IMG/VR virus record: IMGVR_UViG_3300032269_001075
Location: 1 to 42,288 of that record
From: a virus
Taxonomy: Duplodnaviria > Caudoviricetes
DNA: 42,288 nt
Direction: 5' to 3' (one strand)
Below, in pieces: positions 30,807-41,352 of the stretch. Each line of letters begins with the position of its first letter. The first letter of the stretch is position 1. A program made the translations under genes and the position numbers. The notes beneath the pieces were generated by a model that saw only the letters and a list, made by a program, of their open reading frames with translations, made no database searches and was not told the origin of the DNA.

Positions 30807-31244
30807 TTAATTAATTGCATCAAACGCATAACACTTATACCCTCCTGTAATCCTATATCTTTTAATCCAATCAGGAAGAGATATATGTTTATCTCATTTG
30901 CCAGTAAGAGAATTATTAGAATAAACTCAGTGTTCTCCATCATATATACCTACATGACCATTTTTCATGTTAGGGTTATTAAAATTTTTATTTACTCCTG
31001 TTGGGGAAATAATTATTGTGCCTTTAGTAAAGTTGGAGACTCTAGCAAATCTGCTTTTTGAAATATCTAACTCAGAGAATAACTTTGCAGTTGAAATTTG
31101 TGGCACAAAGTCTGGGTATAAATATTTTAAAATTTGTGATACAGAATCTGCACACCCAAGCTCATCAGGGGCTTCATCTTTCGGTGAAGCGTCTCTTCCT
31201 AAATTAATAACTGCTAAACTGTATAACTGTTCTTTTTTTGTCAT
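30807..31244 (-). CDS. Putative endolysin (NlpC/P60 or CHAP-like Cys-His hydrolase), 145 aa
   Basis: LGCADSVSQIL...GHVGIY; continues through 2 TGA (EH[W]VYSNNSLTGK[W]D) to TAA at 30807. Confidence 0.7.
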
Positions 31245-31339
31245 ATTTTTATGCAGTTTTCTTTTTGAGAATAACTTTAGATGGTTTGCTAGTATTTACG
31301 ACACTTACTTTTTTAGCTGGAAGCTTTTTAATTGTTACT

Positions 31340-31822
31340 TTAGTTTTCATATCTTGTTACTTGAACATTAAAGTTTTTTAGACATTGTTCAATATTATTT
31401 GGTTTGATTAATAAATATGTTACCAGCCATACAATGAGTGGTACTGTAAATAAGTATATCATATAATAATAAAACTTTTTTAAAGAAGAATACATATTCT
31501 GGGATAAGTCCGCATAAGAAATGCTATCAAATGGGTTTTTACCAGTTTCGGACATATAAGCAAAGATTATAAACTCATGACAAAGCATATATCCTGTAAA
31601 GTCTAAATATTTATTTATATCTATCTCCTGGATCTCTGTTGAAGAGATATATTTGCTAATTCTTTTAAAATATTCTTGCTTTGTAAATACTTTTAATTCT
31701 CTTTTTCCAAGTGGAAACTTCGCTTCAAAAGAATAAACTTTTTCATCGGAGACAATTACTGAATGCATTACTCCTAGACCTAGACCTCATTTACTTTTAT
31801 TTATTGTTGTTAGTATATTCAT
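31340..31822 (-). CDS. Possible permuted papain-like (His before Cys) protein with a C-terminal membrane segment, 160 aa
   Basis: MHSVIV...FEA...MLCHEFIIFAY; TM segment MIYLFTVPLIVWLVTYLLI; start ATG 31822 via one TGA. Confidence 0.5.
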
Positions 31823-31823
31823 A

Positions 31824-32129
31824 TTATTTTTTATAAGATAACTTTTCTATTTCATTTTTTAAATTTCTTTGAGTTTCCATTATTTCTTCGTGGCGTTTAT
31901 CTGCCCTTTCTCTGCCATCTTGTATTTGCACTATCATATTATCAGCTATTTGTTTCATTATCAATACTTGACCCTCTGCTAGTTTTGTGATTTGATTATT
32001 TTTTTTATCTAGCAAATCTAAAAACTGTTTAGAGATAGATTTTAGCAAAAAATATGCCGATAAACATACCACTCCTACTGTCCCATAATTCTTTAAGATT
32101 TGTGCTATTATTTCAGTTTCTATATTCAT
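31824..32129 (-). CDS. Holin-like single-TM protein
   Basis: N-terminal YGTVGVVCLSAYFLL followed by a coiled coil, in the lysis region. Confidence 0.55.
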   Translation of the reverse strand: MNIETEIIAQILKNYGTVGVVCLSAYFLLKSISKQFLDLLDKKNNQITKLAEGQVLIMKQIADNMIVQIQDGRERADKRHEEIMETQRNLKNEIEKLSYKK

Positions 32130-32133
32130 ATAT

Positions 32134-34779
32134 TTATTTAAGTGCTATAAAATTGCTTTTTGTTAATGTTTTTTTAAGTCTAGTCTTTGCCATAACACTA
32201 GTTCCAGCAGAGCTAACGTCATATTCTCACACATTTTTTGCGACAAGGTCCACCTTGTCTGACACATCAAGGGAGATTATAGTCGTGCCATCAATTATGG
32301 TAACATCTTTTTTGGCTTCGGCTGTCCCTGACAAGATATACACTGTGCCAGTGAGACCACCAGTACCATATAAAAACCTGTGGACATTTGTTGTTTGAAT
32401 TAAAAAGCAGTTAGTGTCTGTTCTTCTGTTGCTTGATGTTGCATAATATCTTATTGGTAAATATCCAGTAGCGATTATTTCGCTGTTAATATTTGTTGCT
32501 CTAATTTTAATATCATCTCCAAGTGTTGTCCCTGTCAAAGTAAAGTTTCCTGAGACATAAACTGTTTGAGTACCACCAAAAACTGATGATTTAATAAAAA
32601 CAGTAGTGTTATCTCAATATATTAATTTATTATTGACTAGTGTTGTATTTTTTATCTCCACTGGAGCATTGACTGTGAGTGAAGTAAATTGTTTTGAGAT
32701 AATATTTGACACGTCAATGCCCTCTTGTAAAGTTCTATAATATGATGAATAGTTATATGCTGTTTGCACATCATTTAACTCTGTATAAAGAAGCACATTT
32801 GTTAAAGTATCATCTACAAAAGTATCTGTTATAAAAGAAGCGTTAAATGTGCTTATAGCAGTTCCTGCTGTGGTATCCACCACGAATGAAGATAAAATAG
32901 TTTGTTTTCCAAATTTTGGTACTCTTATAGTATAAGTCCCTTGCTGATTCGCATTAGTAAAGTTTATGATCCCGTCTGAGTTGTAAAAACCTAAAACAGT
33001 GTTATCTGGCTTTTTTATTAAAATACTTCCCCCGTCCAAGTTATATGTAAATGAGACGGGTTTATAAGTCGCGATATTAGTCCCTGCTGTAAATGTTGAA
33101 TTTACATTTATGATTGTTACAGTTGCTGTCCCACTGTTACTTGTAGTGCCAGTAGTCTCACAGTTTGTGTGTGTAACTGAAATAGCAGTGTTTGTATTGT
33201 ATGTTAGGCTTCCTGTGATTGTAACACCAGTTAAATTTGTAGGTGTATTTTGTATCACATTACCTGTTACACTTGCTGTGAATTGTGCTGTGGCAGTTGC
33301 TGTTGATGCTGTTAGTTTGCCACTAGTTAAATATTCAAGTCCTGTCAAAGTTCAGCCACCGATTGTTAAAGTTGTGCCGTCAAACTCTCAAGTATCATTT
33401 GAGCCGAAGTTTGCAAGAGTTGAAATCCAGTTGCGATAATAAGCCCAGACTTCACTTGCTGTATGATTTGATGTTAAAGTGATTACTCCACCAGTAGTAC
33501 CACTTGCAACGAGAGATATGCCTGTGAGTGCGGCCGCTTGAGATTGTGTCAAAGTTAAATAAGGTACTGTGAGTAGTTGTACATCTTCTGTAACTGGTCC
33601 ATTTGTACCGTCACTCAAAAAACTTCTAGCAGTTCATAAATATTGGTCTGCTGTTATATAGTTATATGCTCTTGCTTTACAAGACCATTGATATTTATTT
33701 GATGTTCCGTTTGCTCCTGATTGTCTTCCTATCATCGCAGATAAAAGGTAGTTTGAGACTGTACCTGTGCTTGTAGTTGTAGCATTTTTTGAAAGAGTTT
33801 CACCGATATTACTAATTGTATAGCTAGTCGTGCCTGTCGTTTGTGTACCGAGCCACTGTACCACTATGTTTGCGAGTTTTGTTGAGCCTAATTTAAATGT
33901 AGGAGTGTGAGAATACAGAGCCGCCGCATAGCGATTATCGGCACTCCAATACAAGCCAGCTGATGTGTAAGTACCTGTCCATGTAACTGTTGGGAATATG
34001 GGGTTGTAATTGATATAATTACCCAGCCTTGCGGAAGCACCAATTGCAAAATCAACTGTTCCAGTGTTCTCTGCTCCCCATGCGGAAGAATAAAAACTTG
34101 AGGTATTGGTGACTGATTCACCTGAATGCACCATGATAGGTGACTGGTAGCCAGTATATGTTGTGAGTGCGGTTTGAAATTCTCCTGTTACTCCTTCAAA
34201 ATTTACATTTGATACTGCCGTTACTGTTCTAGCAAGACCAAAATGTGCTTTGCGAGATGCCCCACTTACAGCGTTTTGACGAATTGTTAATCCTGCAATA
34301 TTAATAACCGCAGGAAAAATATTAAGTGGAAAAGTTGGGAAGTCATTACGAGTACTTGTTTGTTGGTAGAAATAAGGATTTCTTCCAGCAGGTGAGCGTA
34401 AAGTGATAAGTGTTCCACCTGTATTGACAATTATCGCGTTATTATCAAAATAAGTCGTGGATGTATTTACATTACAAACCATTTCCATTCCGAGAATAGT
34501 TGAGCCACCATTATTTGCGTTGCTTGAACTCTCTCCGTAAGGGTTATATCTTGTTGAGCCAGTAAATTCAAAAATGGCATAGTCATCTCACTTGACCCAT
34601 GCACTAACTGTATTATCAATTTGCACATTATTTAAGCGGTTATATAGACCATTTTGGTAGCCAGAAGTTGAATCAGCCGCCGCGACAATAGCAACGCCTG
34701 CCGAAAGCAAGTTAGGTGATGCTTGAGTACCACCAGTAGCAGTTAAAATTTTAGTTGTGGAATTGTATGCTCATGCCAT
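32134..34779 (-). CDS. Tail fibre / receptor-binding-like protein, 881 aa with TGA=Trp
   Basis: Track ORFs 33634..34488, 33388..33618, 32614..33348 and 32227..32538 are all in frame; ATG 34779 (MA[W]AYNSTTK); Thr/Gly/Asn-rich. Confidence 0.75.
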
Positions 34780-34784
34780 ATTAT

Positions 34785-35072
34785 TTATGAATAAATATAA
34801 TCTAACCTATTAGACCAAACTAGGTTTTCTGCACCACCATTTGCAAGAGATTTAGGTATAGTATCTGTTGATTTTATTATTTTTCAAGCAGTGTCTGTTT
34901 CAGCTGACCCTGTTGGAGCAAATCCAAAATATGTTACTGTGCCGTCAGTTTCGTCTTGTCTAATGATTTCATCTTTACCATAAATTAGTAAATCTATCTG
35001 CTCTTGAGTAACAGGATTTATTATTTCACCATTGTCATTAAGTATTCATATTTTTGAAATATCAAATGCCAT
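34785..35072 (-). CDS. Small virion-associated protein, 95 aa (2 TGA)
   Basis: TYFGFAPTGSAETDTA[W]KIIK...LVWSNRLDYIY, a recurring phage motif. Confidence 0.7.
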
Positions 35073-35077
35073 ATTTT

Positions 35078-35902
35078 TTATTCTTCATATAATATTCCTG
35101 CTCTTGAATACATTCTTTTTATATTCTCTTCTCTCTTATCTAAATGTTTTATTCTGTCAATGAGAGACATCTTTTCTTTATTTATATTTAAAATATCGCC
35201 ATCTAATAAACTTAATTCTTCTTTAGATTCCAATATTTTATTTGAAATATTTTCTAAATCATTATTTTTATTTGATAATGTTTCATCTAGTTTTAAAAGC
35301 TTTTCTTTTTTTTCAGAAATTATATTTTTATAATTATTTTCTATTTCAGAAATAGAATTAGATAATTTACTTTTTTCAATAGTTTGATTTTTTATATCAT
35401 TTGAAAGATTTAAATTTTTATTTTCTAAAAATTCTTTTTCGGTTTTCAAATTATCTAATACTTCTTTTTCTTTTGCTATATCCTCTTCTATTTTTTTAGA
35501 TTCACTTTTTAATTCATTTTTATTATTTTCTAAAGATTCTAAAATACTTTTAAGATTATCAATTTCAGTATTTAAATTTTCTTTATTAGAAGTTAAATTA
35601 TTATTTAATTCTAATAACTCTGACTCTTTATTTTTTACTTTAGAAATAGTTTCTTGAAGTAATACATTATTTTCATTAATAGTTTCTTTTATTTTTATAT
35701 TTTTTATGTCTAAAATGTTAAACTCTTTTTGAGTATTTTCAATGTTTTGTTTTATAGAGATTAAATCTTTTTCTGTAACAACAATTTTACCTTTTGTATC
35801 TTCTAAAACTATTTTTAAATCATTAATAGAAGAAGTTAAATCATTTAACTCTTTTTCTTGCTCTATATTTTTTTTTATAATTGTATTTACTTCAAATGCC
35901 AT
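35078..35902 (-). CDS. Long coiled-coil protein, 274 aa
   Basis: Heptad-rich E/K/N/L sequence; likely ATG 35902. Confidence 0.75.
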   Translation of the reverse strand: MAFEVNTIIKKNIEQEKELNDLTSSINDLKIVLEDTKGKIVVTEKDLISIKQNIENTQKEFNILDIKNIKIKETINENNVLLQETISKVKNKESELLELNNNLTSNKENLNTEIDNLKSILESLENNKNELKSESKKIEEDIAKEKEVLDNLKTEKEFLENKNLNLSNDIKNQTIEKSKLSNSISEIENNYKNIISEKKEKLLKLDETLSNKNNDLENISNKILESKEELSLLDGDILNINKEKMSLIDRIKHLDKREENIKRMYSRAGILYEE

Positions 35903-35906
35903 ATAA

Positions 35907-36299
35907 TTAATTTCTTTTAAATCTAGTAGCAAACACAGAGACTGTCCCTCCTGTCATACCTGACACCTCCACCCCAATATTTGTTAGACCATTAACATTA
36001 AGTTCCACTAAAACCACACTTGCTGTAGAAATGGTAATCCCAGTGCTGCCTGTTACAATACTACCAGTATTATAATCTTTAATCCCAATATAAGAATAAG
36101 GGTTTAAAAGTGAAGAAGCTGAAGCATAATTTGGGGCTGTAGCTGCGATAGAACCTTTTACCTTTACTGTAGCCAAGACAGTACCTGTAGTAATAATGGA
36201 AAGTACAACAGTCTCAAAGTCTTCTACATCTATCGCCCCACTATTGGTGTTGGCTGTTATACTATCTAAAATTTTTGTATCTTTTATAATAATTGACAT
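35907..36299 (-). CDS. Beta-rich structural protein, 130 aa
   Basis: T/S/G/V-rich ORF, first gene after the promoter motif. Confidence 0.7.
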   Translation of the reverse strand: MSIIIKDTKILDSITANTNSGAIDVEDFETVVLSIITTGTVLATVKVKGSIAATAPNYASASSLLNPYSYIGIKDYNTGSIVTGSTGITISTASVVLVELNVNGLTNIGVEVSGMTGGTVSVFATRFKRN

Positions 36300-36329
36300 A
36301 TTTTTGTTTTATTAATTTAATATATTTAC

Positions 36330-36346
36330 ATTATAGCATACTTTTT
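36330..36346 (-). promoter_or_regulatory. Extended -10 motif AAAAAGTATGCTATAAT
   Basis: Identical to 2767-2783; intergenic. Confidence 0.7.
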
Positions 36347-36367
36347 AATGTATATTTAGCTAGATAA

Positions 36368-39300
36368 CTACTCTCCGTACTTGTCTTTTTTAAGTTCAAG
36401 TATTTGTTTTTTAACTGTATCTGATATTAATTTATTATCTCTTCATGATTTATATAATGCATTTTTTTCTTCTTTAGTTTTTAACTTTTCCATTTGTGTA
36501 AAAATAAAAGTTGCCCTAGTGCCATCACTAACGCCCATTTGCAAGATTAACCTTTCAGTATAATTATAATTTTTCTTTTGCTCATCTTTTACAGACTTTA
36601 TTTTTTCAGCGAGTTTAGGGTCAGAATCTTTAATCTTTTTAAATTCTGCATTGGCTGTATTTTTGTCATACATAGCAATATCATCAAGCTCTTTTAATTT
36701 TTGCTCAGCTTTTTCCTTAAGTAAATCACTCTTATCATGCTGTAGAGTCAAAGCTTTAGCCGCCTCTTGTAACATAGAATCTTGAAAATATGTACTACCG
36801 TAGAATCTTTTAAACACAGGAAGTTCCGAGAGTTTACTTCTCCCCTCTATAGATTCACCTATAGTAAATTGATTTACAAAGCCACCAGTAAGAGACTGAA
36901 CTGCTTGTTCTAATTTTGCTGGGGATTCTCCAAGTTTTTGTCCAGCCCATTTAAAAAATTCGGGGGTATTTTTTGAGTACTGTAGTTCAGGAGAATTATC
37001 TTGTCTCGATTTTGAAACTGTATCAGTATGGAAAAAGAAGTTTCTATTTGTCATATATTCTGCTGGGACTTTTAAGAAAGGATTCATTCCTGCGGCGATA
37101 CTTTCCAATCTTTCACTTACATTATTACCTGAAAAATTAACAGGAGATATGTCACCTAAAATTGAAGACCCCCAATCTAAAAAAGCTTTAGGGTCATGAT
37201 TTTTCATAAATGCAATAGCAGAATTTATTGTAGAGTCGGTCCAAGCCAAAAGACCTCTTTTTGGTATTCTATAATATTCTCTTCTAACAAGACCATCACT
37301 ATCTATATAAGTTTTGCTTGATGGTATCATTATATAATGTTTTTTTTCTGTATCAGTTCTTTGGTTATAATCATCTTTAAATTTATCTGACTGATTTAAT
37401 AATGCCACATAAATTAACGGAACACTAGCAACTGCTGTTCTTGCTCAAACTTTTGCTGTTTGGCTTTTACCCTCTATTCCTGATACCCTACTAACATCTA
37501 CCGCAACTCCTTGGAGTCTAGCATTAAAGAACATAAATAATGTATTTAAGTCTCTTGCTACTGGAGCAGAGCGAGCAAAGTCAGGAGAACCACCAAAATT
37601 TCTAACCTCATATACTATATCTTGCATTACCTTTCCCAGTTCTTCCCCTGAGAGGTTTTTAACATCTTCATATCTCAAAGCTCTTTTTAATGTGGATATT
37701 TTTGTGGCTTCTTCAAGTGTAGAAGAAAAAGCTGCGGCTTTATCAAAAAATAATTTAGGCAAATCTTTTATTGTTGTTGCTGTTGTTTTTTTAACAAAAG
37801 CATCAGGGGTAATTATCTTTTGGAATGTTGAATTTGCAGCACCTGACTTTAAAAATTCTTCATACATAGCATCTCTACCTATTCCAAAGTTTCCCCTAAA
37901 AGACGAAAACAACCCATGAGCTAAATCCATAGGATACCTTGCAATATCAGCAGCATTATTTACTCCATATTTAGATACTAAAGCTACTCTTATATTATCA
38001 CTTATAAAGTTTACTGCAGAGAAACCTAAATTAAATGTTGTAGCTCCATATCTCATTGGTACAGCTATAGCTTTCATTACTTTAACCAAAGCATTTGTTT
38101 GTGCAGCATTATAACTTCTAACAGCTACAGCAACATCTTCAGGAACTTGCAATGCTTTCTCAACTCCATTTTTAAAATATCTTACAATCTCAAATCCCTT
38201 TTCAGGTTTTTGCGTTATAGTAGACACCTGTTTAACAAGACCTGTTTTATCTAAATCCTTAAGCTCACCAAGCATAGACATTATCTTATTCTGTTCTGCC
38301 AATATTCTTGACTTATATATATTCTCTTTTGAAGAAAGTAATATATTTTGTAATTCAAATTCTGAATCATTAATACCAGTGATTGCCTTCGTATAATCAG
38401 ATAAATTTTGAAGAGGTCTTGTACCTTGCTGTGCCCCAGACTCTTCTATATATTTCATTACCTTAAATGGGGCATAAAAGTCATTATCGCCTTTTATATT
38501 ATTATAAACCTCTCTACTTATTCTTCCAGAATCAACTTGTAGTTGAAGAGCCTTATCCATCTGTTCTTGATAAATTTTAGAAGTATCTTCTATTTTAGAA
38601 AACACTTTCCCAGTCTTATCTGATAATTGTTTAAGAGCGGTATTTACATCATCAAGAGTCCATTCTCCAACCTTTTTTACTTCAGGGTTATTTATTAAAC
38701 GAGATTCTGTTCTTTTTAAAAAAAGATAAGTATTAAAATCTTCAAGATTTTGTTTAATCGGAGTAATTACCGCATTATCAAAATCAAGTAAATCAGCATG
38801 AGCTTTTCCTGCAGCTCCGTTTACTTGTTCAAATCTTCTTGCCATATTTAATGCTGGCTTCCCCTCTATATCATTTGCTTTATAAACTTTTTTTTCTAAG
38901 TATTTAATAGGATTATATTCTGAAATAAAAGTAGTATCTACTTTATTTACAATATTTTTTGCTGTCTTAGATATACTGAATGGTTCAGATTGTTTTACTC
39001 CATTTGCTATTTTTGTAGCCTTATCTAGTGGAGTTTCTACTTTTGCTATTTTTGTAGCCTTATCTAGTGGAGTTTCTACTTTTGATATATTATTTGCTTT
39101 CTCCCAAATAGATTTAAGATTTGCAATATTATTAGTATTAGCCCTTCCTAGGGTGGTATCTCTTAACTTATCTATATAATTACCATTTACATAATTTTTA
39201 TATAAATCTCTAGCAACGTCTTTTTTAAATAAAGATTTAGCAGAAGAAACTATATCTAAAAATATATTTTTTAAATACAATAAAACGCTTTTAGAGTTTT

Positions 39301-41347
39301 CATCTAATTTTTTAATGTTATTCAAGTGGGTATCTGTTAGATGTTCAGCAAACCACTCATCTATATTTTTTAATCTATAAGTATCTTTATCAAAGTTAAA
39401 ATGATACTCAGGTGTAATTCTGTCTTTACTTAATTCTGCTGAAAAAAACTTTTTATATGATTCTCCATATTTTTCTATTATAGAGTCATATTCTTTTTTA
39501 CTTATGGTACTTTTAATTGTATTAGCAGCATCATTATATATAGAAGATAATCCTGGATTACTTTTTAAGAAAATACTTATATCTTTTTTATATTGATTTA
39601 TAACACTAGATACTTTTTCTGTAGGTAAATATCTTGAAGCTGAATGCCATAGTTCATGAATCATAGTTCTGTCAAAGTCTCCCCCATTTTTTAATATTGA
39701 ATTTTTATATATAGTTACCAAACCATTACTAAAGTTATATTGCCCTTGTTTTGTCCCTTTACCCCAAATAGAAAGACCAACATCATCAAACATTGAAGAC
39801 CCTAATGTATCTATAAACACAGAGATATTATCTACCTGTTCCCTTGGAATATAATTTAAAGCTGAAGTATTTTTTCCTGTTCTCATAGCTGACATACCAA
39901 AAGAAGTGTCACTTCTTAATCTATTAAGAATTTCTTCTCCACCCCTTAAAAAATCATCTTTAAGCTCGTTAGGAACATATGGCTGTCTTACTCTTGCTCT
40001 ATCGATTCTATTTTCTAGTTCTATTTCACTTTTTTGTAGTTTATAAAAATCTTCAGCTTTACCTGTTATAAAGTTAGAGTCAGCAATTCCGCTTTGTTGT
40101 GATTTAATAAACTCTTCAGGAGTTTTATATTTTTTTGCTTCTTCAAAAAGAGGGGATATTTCTATTTTTGCTGCGGCTTCTTCTATACCCTTATTAATAT
40201 TATAAAGTTTTTGTATAACAGAATCTCTATCTGTAGTTTTAGCTAAGTCTTCAGCAGCTAAATTATAAGCATCTTCAGAAATATTATTTTTAAATATTTT
40301 TTGTAATTCAGGGTTTATTGCATCAGCAGTAGTAGATTTTGTTATAACATTGATTGTCTCTTCTGCTGTCTTGCCTAATATTTTATTTATCACTGGTTTT
40401 ACAGTAGCTCCAAATATCCCCTTTGTCCCTTTTATGGCAGCATTTACACCCACTCCTAAAGGCTCGTCCAGGATAGCTTTTAAACTTGCAAAACCTAATG
40501 CTGGGACTACCCCATTTGGAGACTTGTCCACCACAGTCTTTGCCTGCTCTGAAACCTTTGTCAAATAGTCTTTAACCCCTTGTTCAGTGTTTATGTTTTT
40601 TAAGTCTTCTGCTACTTTATTTATTACATTAGTATCTTTTATATCTGCAATTTTAGAAATATTTTCTTTTATAATATTAGTATCTGATGTTTTAGCAATG
40701 TCTTTAATAATTTGCTCTCCACCATTTTTTAAAAATCCTTTAGCTAAAGCCCCTAAAGCAAATACAGCTTTAGGTCCATAACCAAAAGGTTCGTCTAAAA
40801 TAAAACCCCCAGCACTTTTAGTCCCAGCCCACAAAGGAGAATCTCCTTGATTTTTATATTCTACATTTTTATTTAAATATGATTTCATTGAGCTACTTGG
40901 GTCCTCTTTACTTGGGAAACTAAAATTCTCATTTATTTTATTAAATTGGTTTTCTCTAGTAGTAATAGTATTTGCTGTTCTGCTAAGAGCGTCAGCCCCA
41001 GTAAGGGCAACATTCCCTAAACCTGTAACAGCACTCTTTGTTAAGTCTTTTAGGAAATTTATAATAGGATTAACTTCTAAAGCTGAATTAACAGCGTCTT
41101 TATATTTCCCACTTTGAATATTTTGAATAGTTTCTTGCTGTTTAGGCACACTACCAAAAGCATCATAACTGTCTTTGGTCGCAGAAATAGCAGTGTCTCC
41201 AGTCAGTTTTATTGGCGAAGATGGTTTTGCTGCAATTGTATCTTTATTTATAATAGGTAAGGTTGGGGTAATACCGATATCAGTAGACCCGCTTGTTTTT
41301 GGGATTATATCCTGAGTGAGTTGTGAAAAGAAATCTTGTAGTGACAT
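36368..41347 (-). CDS. Large polyvalent-type internal virion/ejection protein with a zincin motif and LPD38-like C-terminus, 1659 aa
   Basis: 37445..41347 and 36443..37408 are joined by TGA, TAG at 36368; MIHELWH...DEWFAE; FMFFNARLQG, YYRIPKR, NRNFFF, SPAKLEQAVQSLTGG. Confidence 0.8.
39003..39084 (-). repeat. 39-bp in-frame tandem duplication (KVETPLDKATKIA x2)
   Basis: tttgctatttttgtagccttatctagtggagtttctact occurs twice in tandem. Confidence 0.9.
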
Positions 41348-41352
41348 ATTTT

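Noticed and set aside
30764-30943. N-terminal extension of ORF 30467..30943
   Set aside because: It overlaps the TGA-extended lysin gene; ATG 30763 with an A-rich leader is the more plausible start.
779-37447. Many apparent pseudogenes or split genes in the ORF track
   Set aside because: Fragments are in frame and separated by TGA at Trp positions in essential genes; recoding explains them better than decay.
945-40781. Antisense ORFs in the track (e.g. 945..1148, 4134..4478, 12352..12702, 20008..20250, 20794..21186, 28818..29159, 30967..31371, 33110..33439, 40587..40781)
   Set aside because: They are shadows of well-supported genes on the opposite strand and have no motifs, unlike the same-strand nested ORF at 19839.
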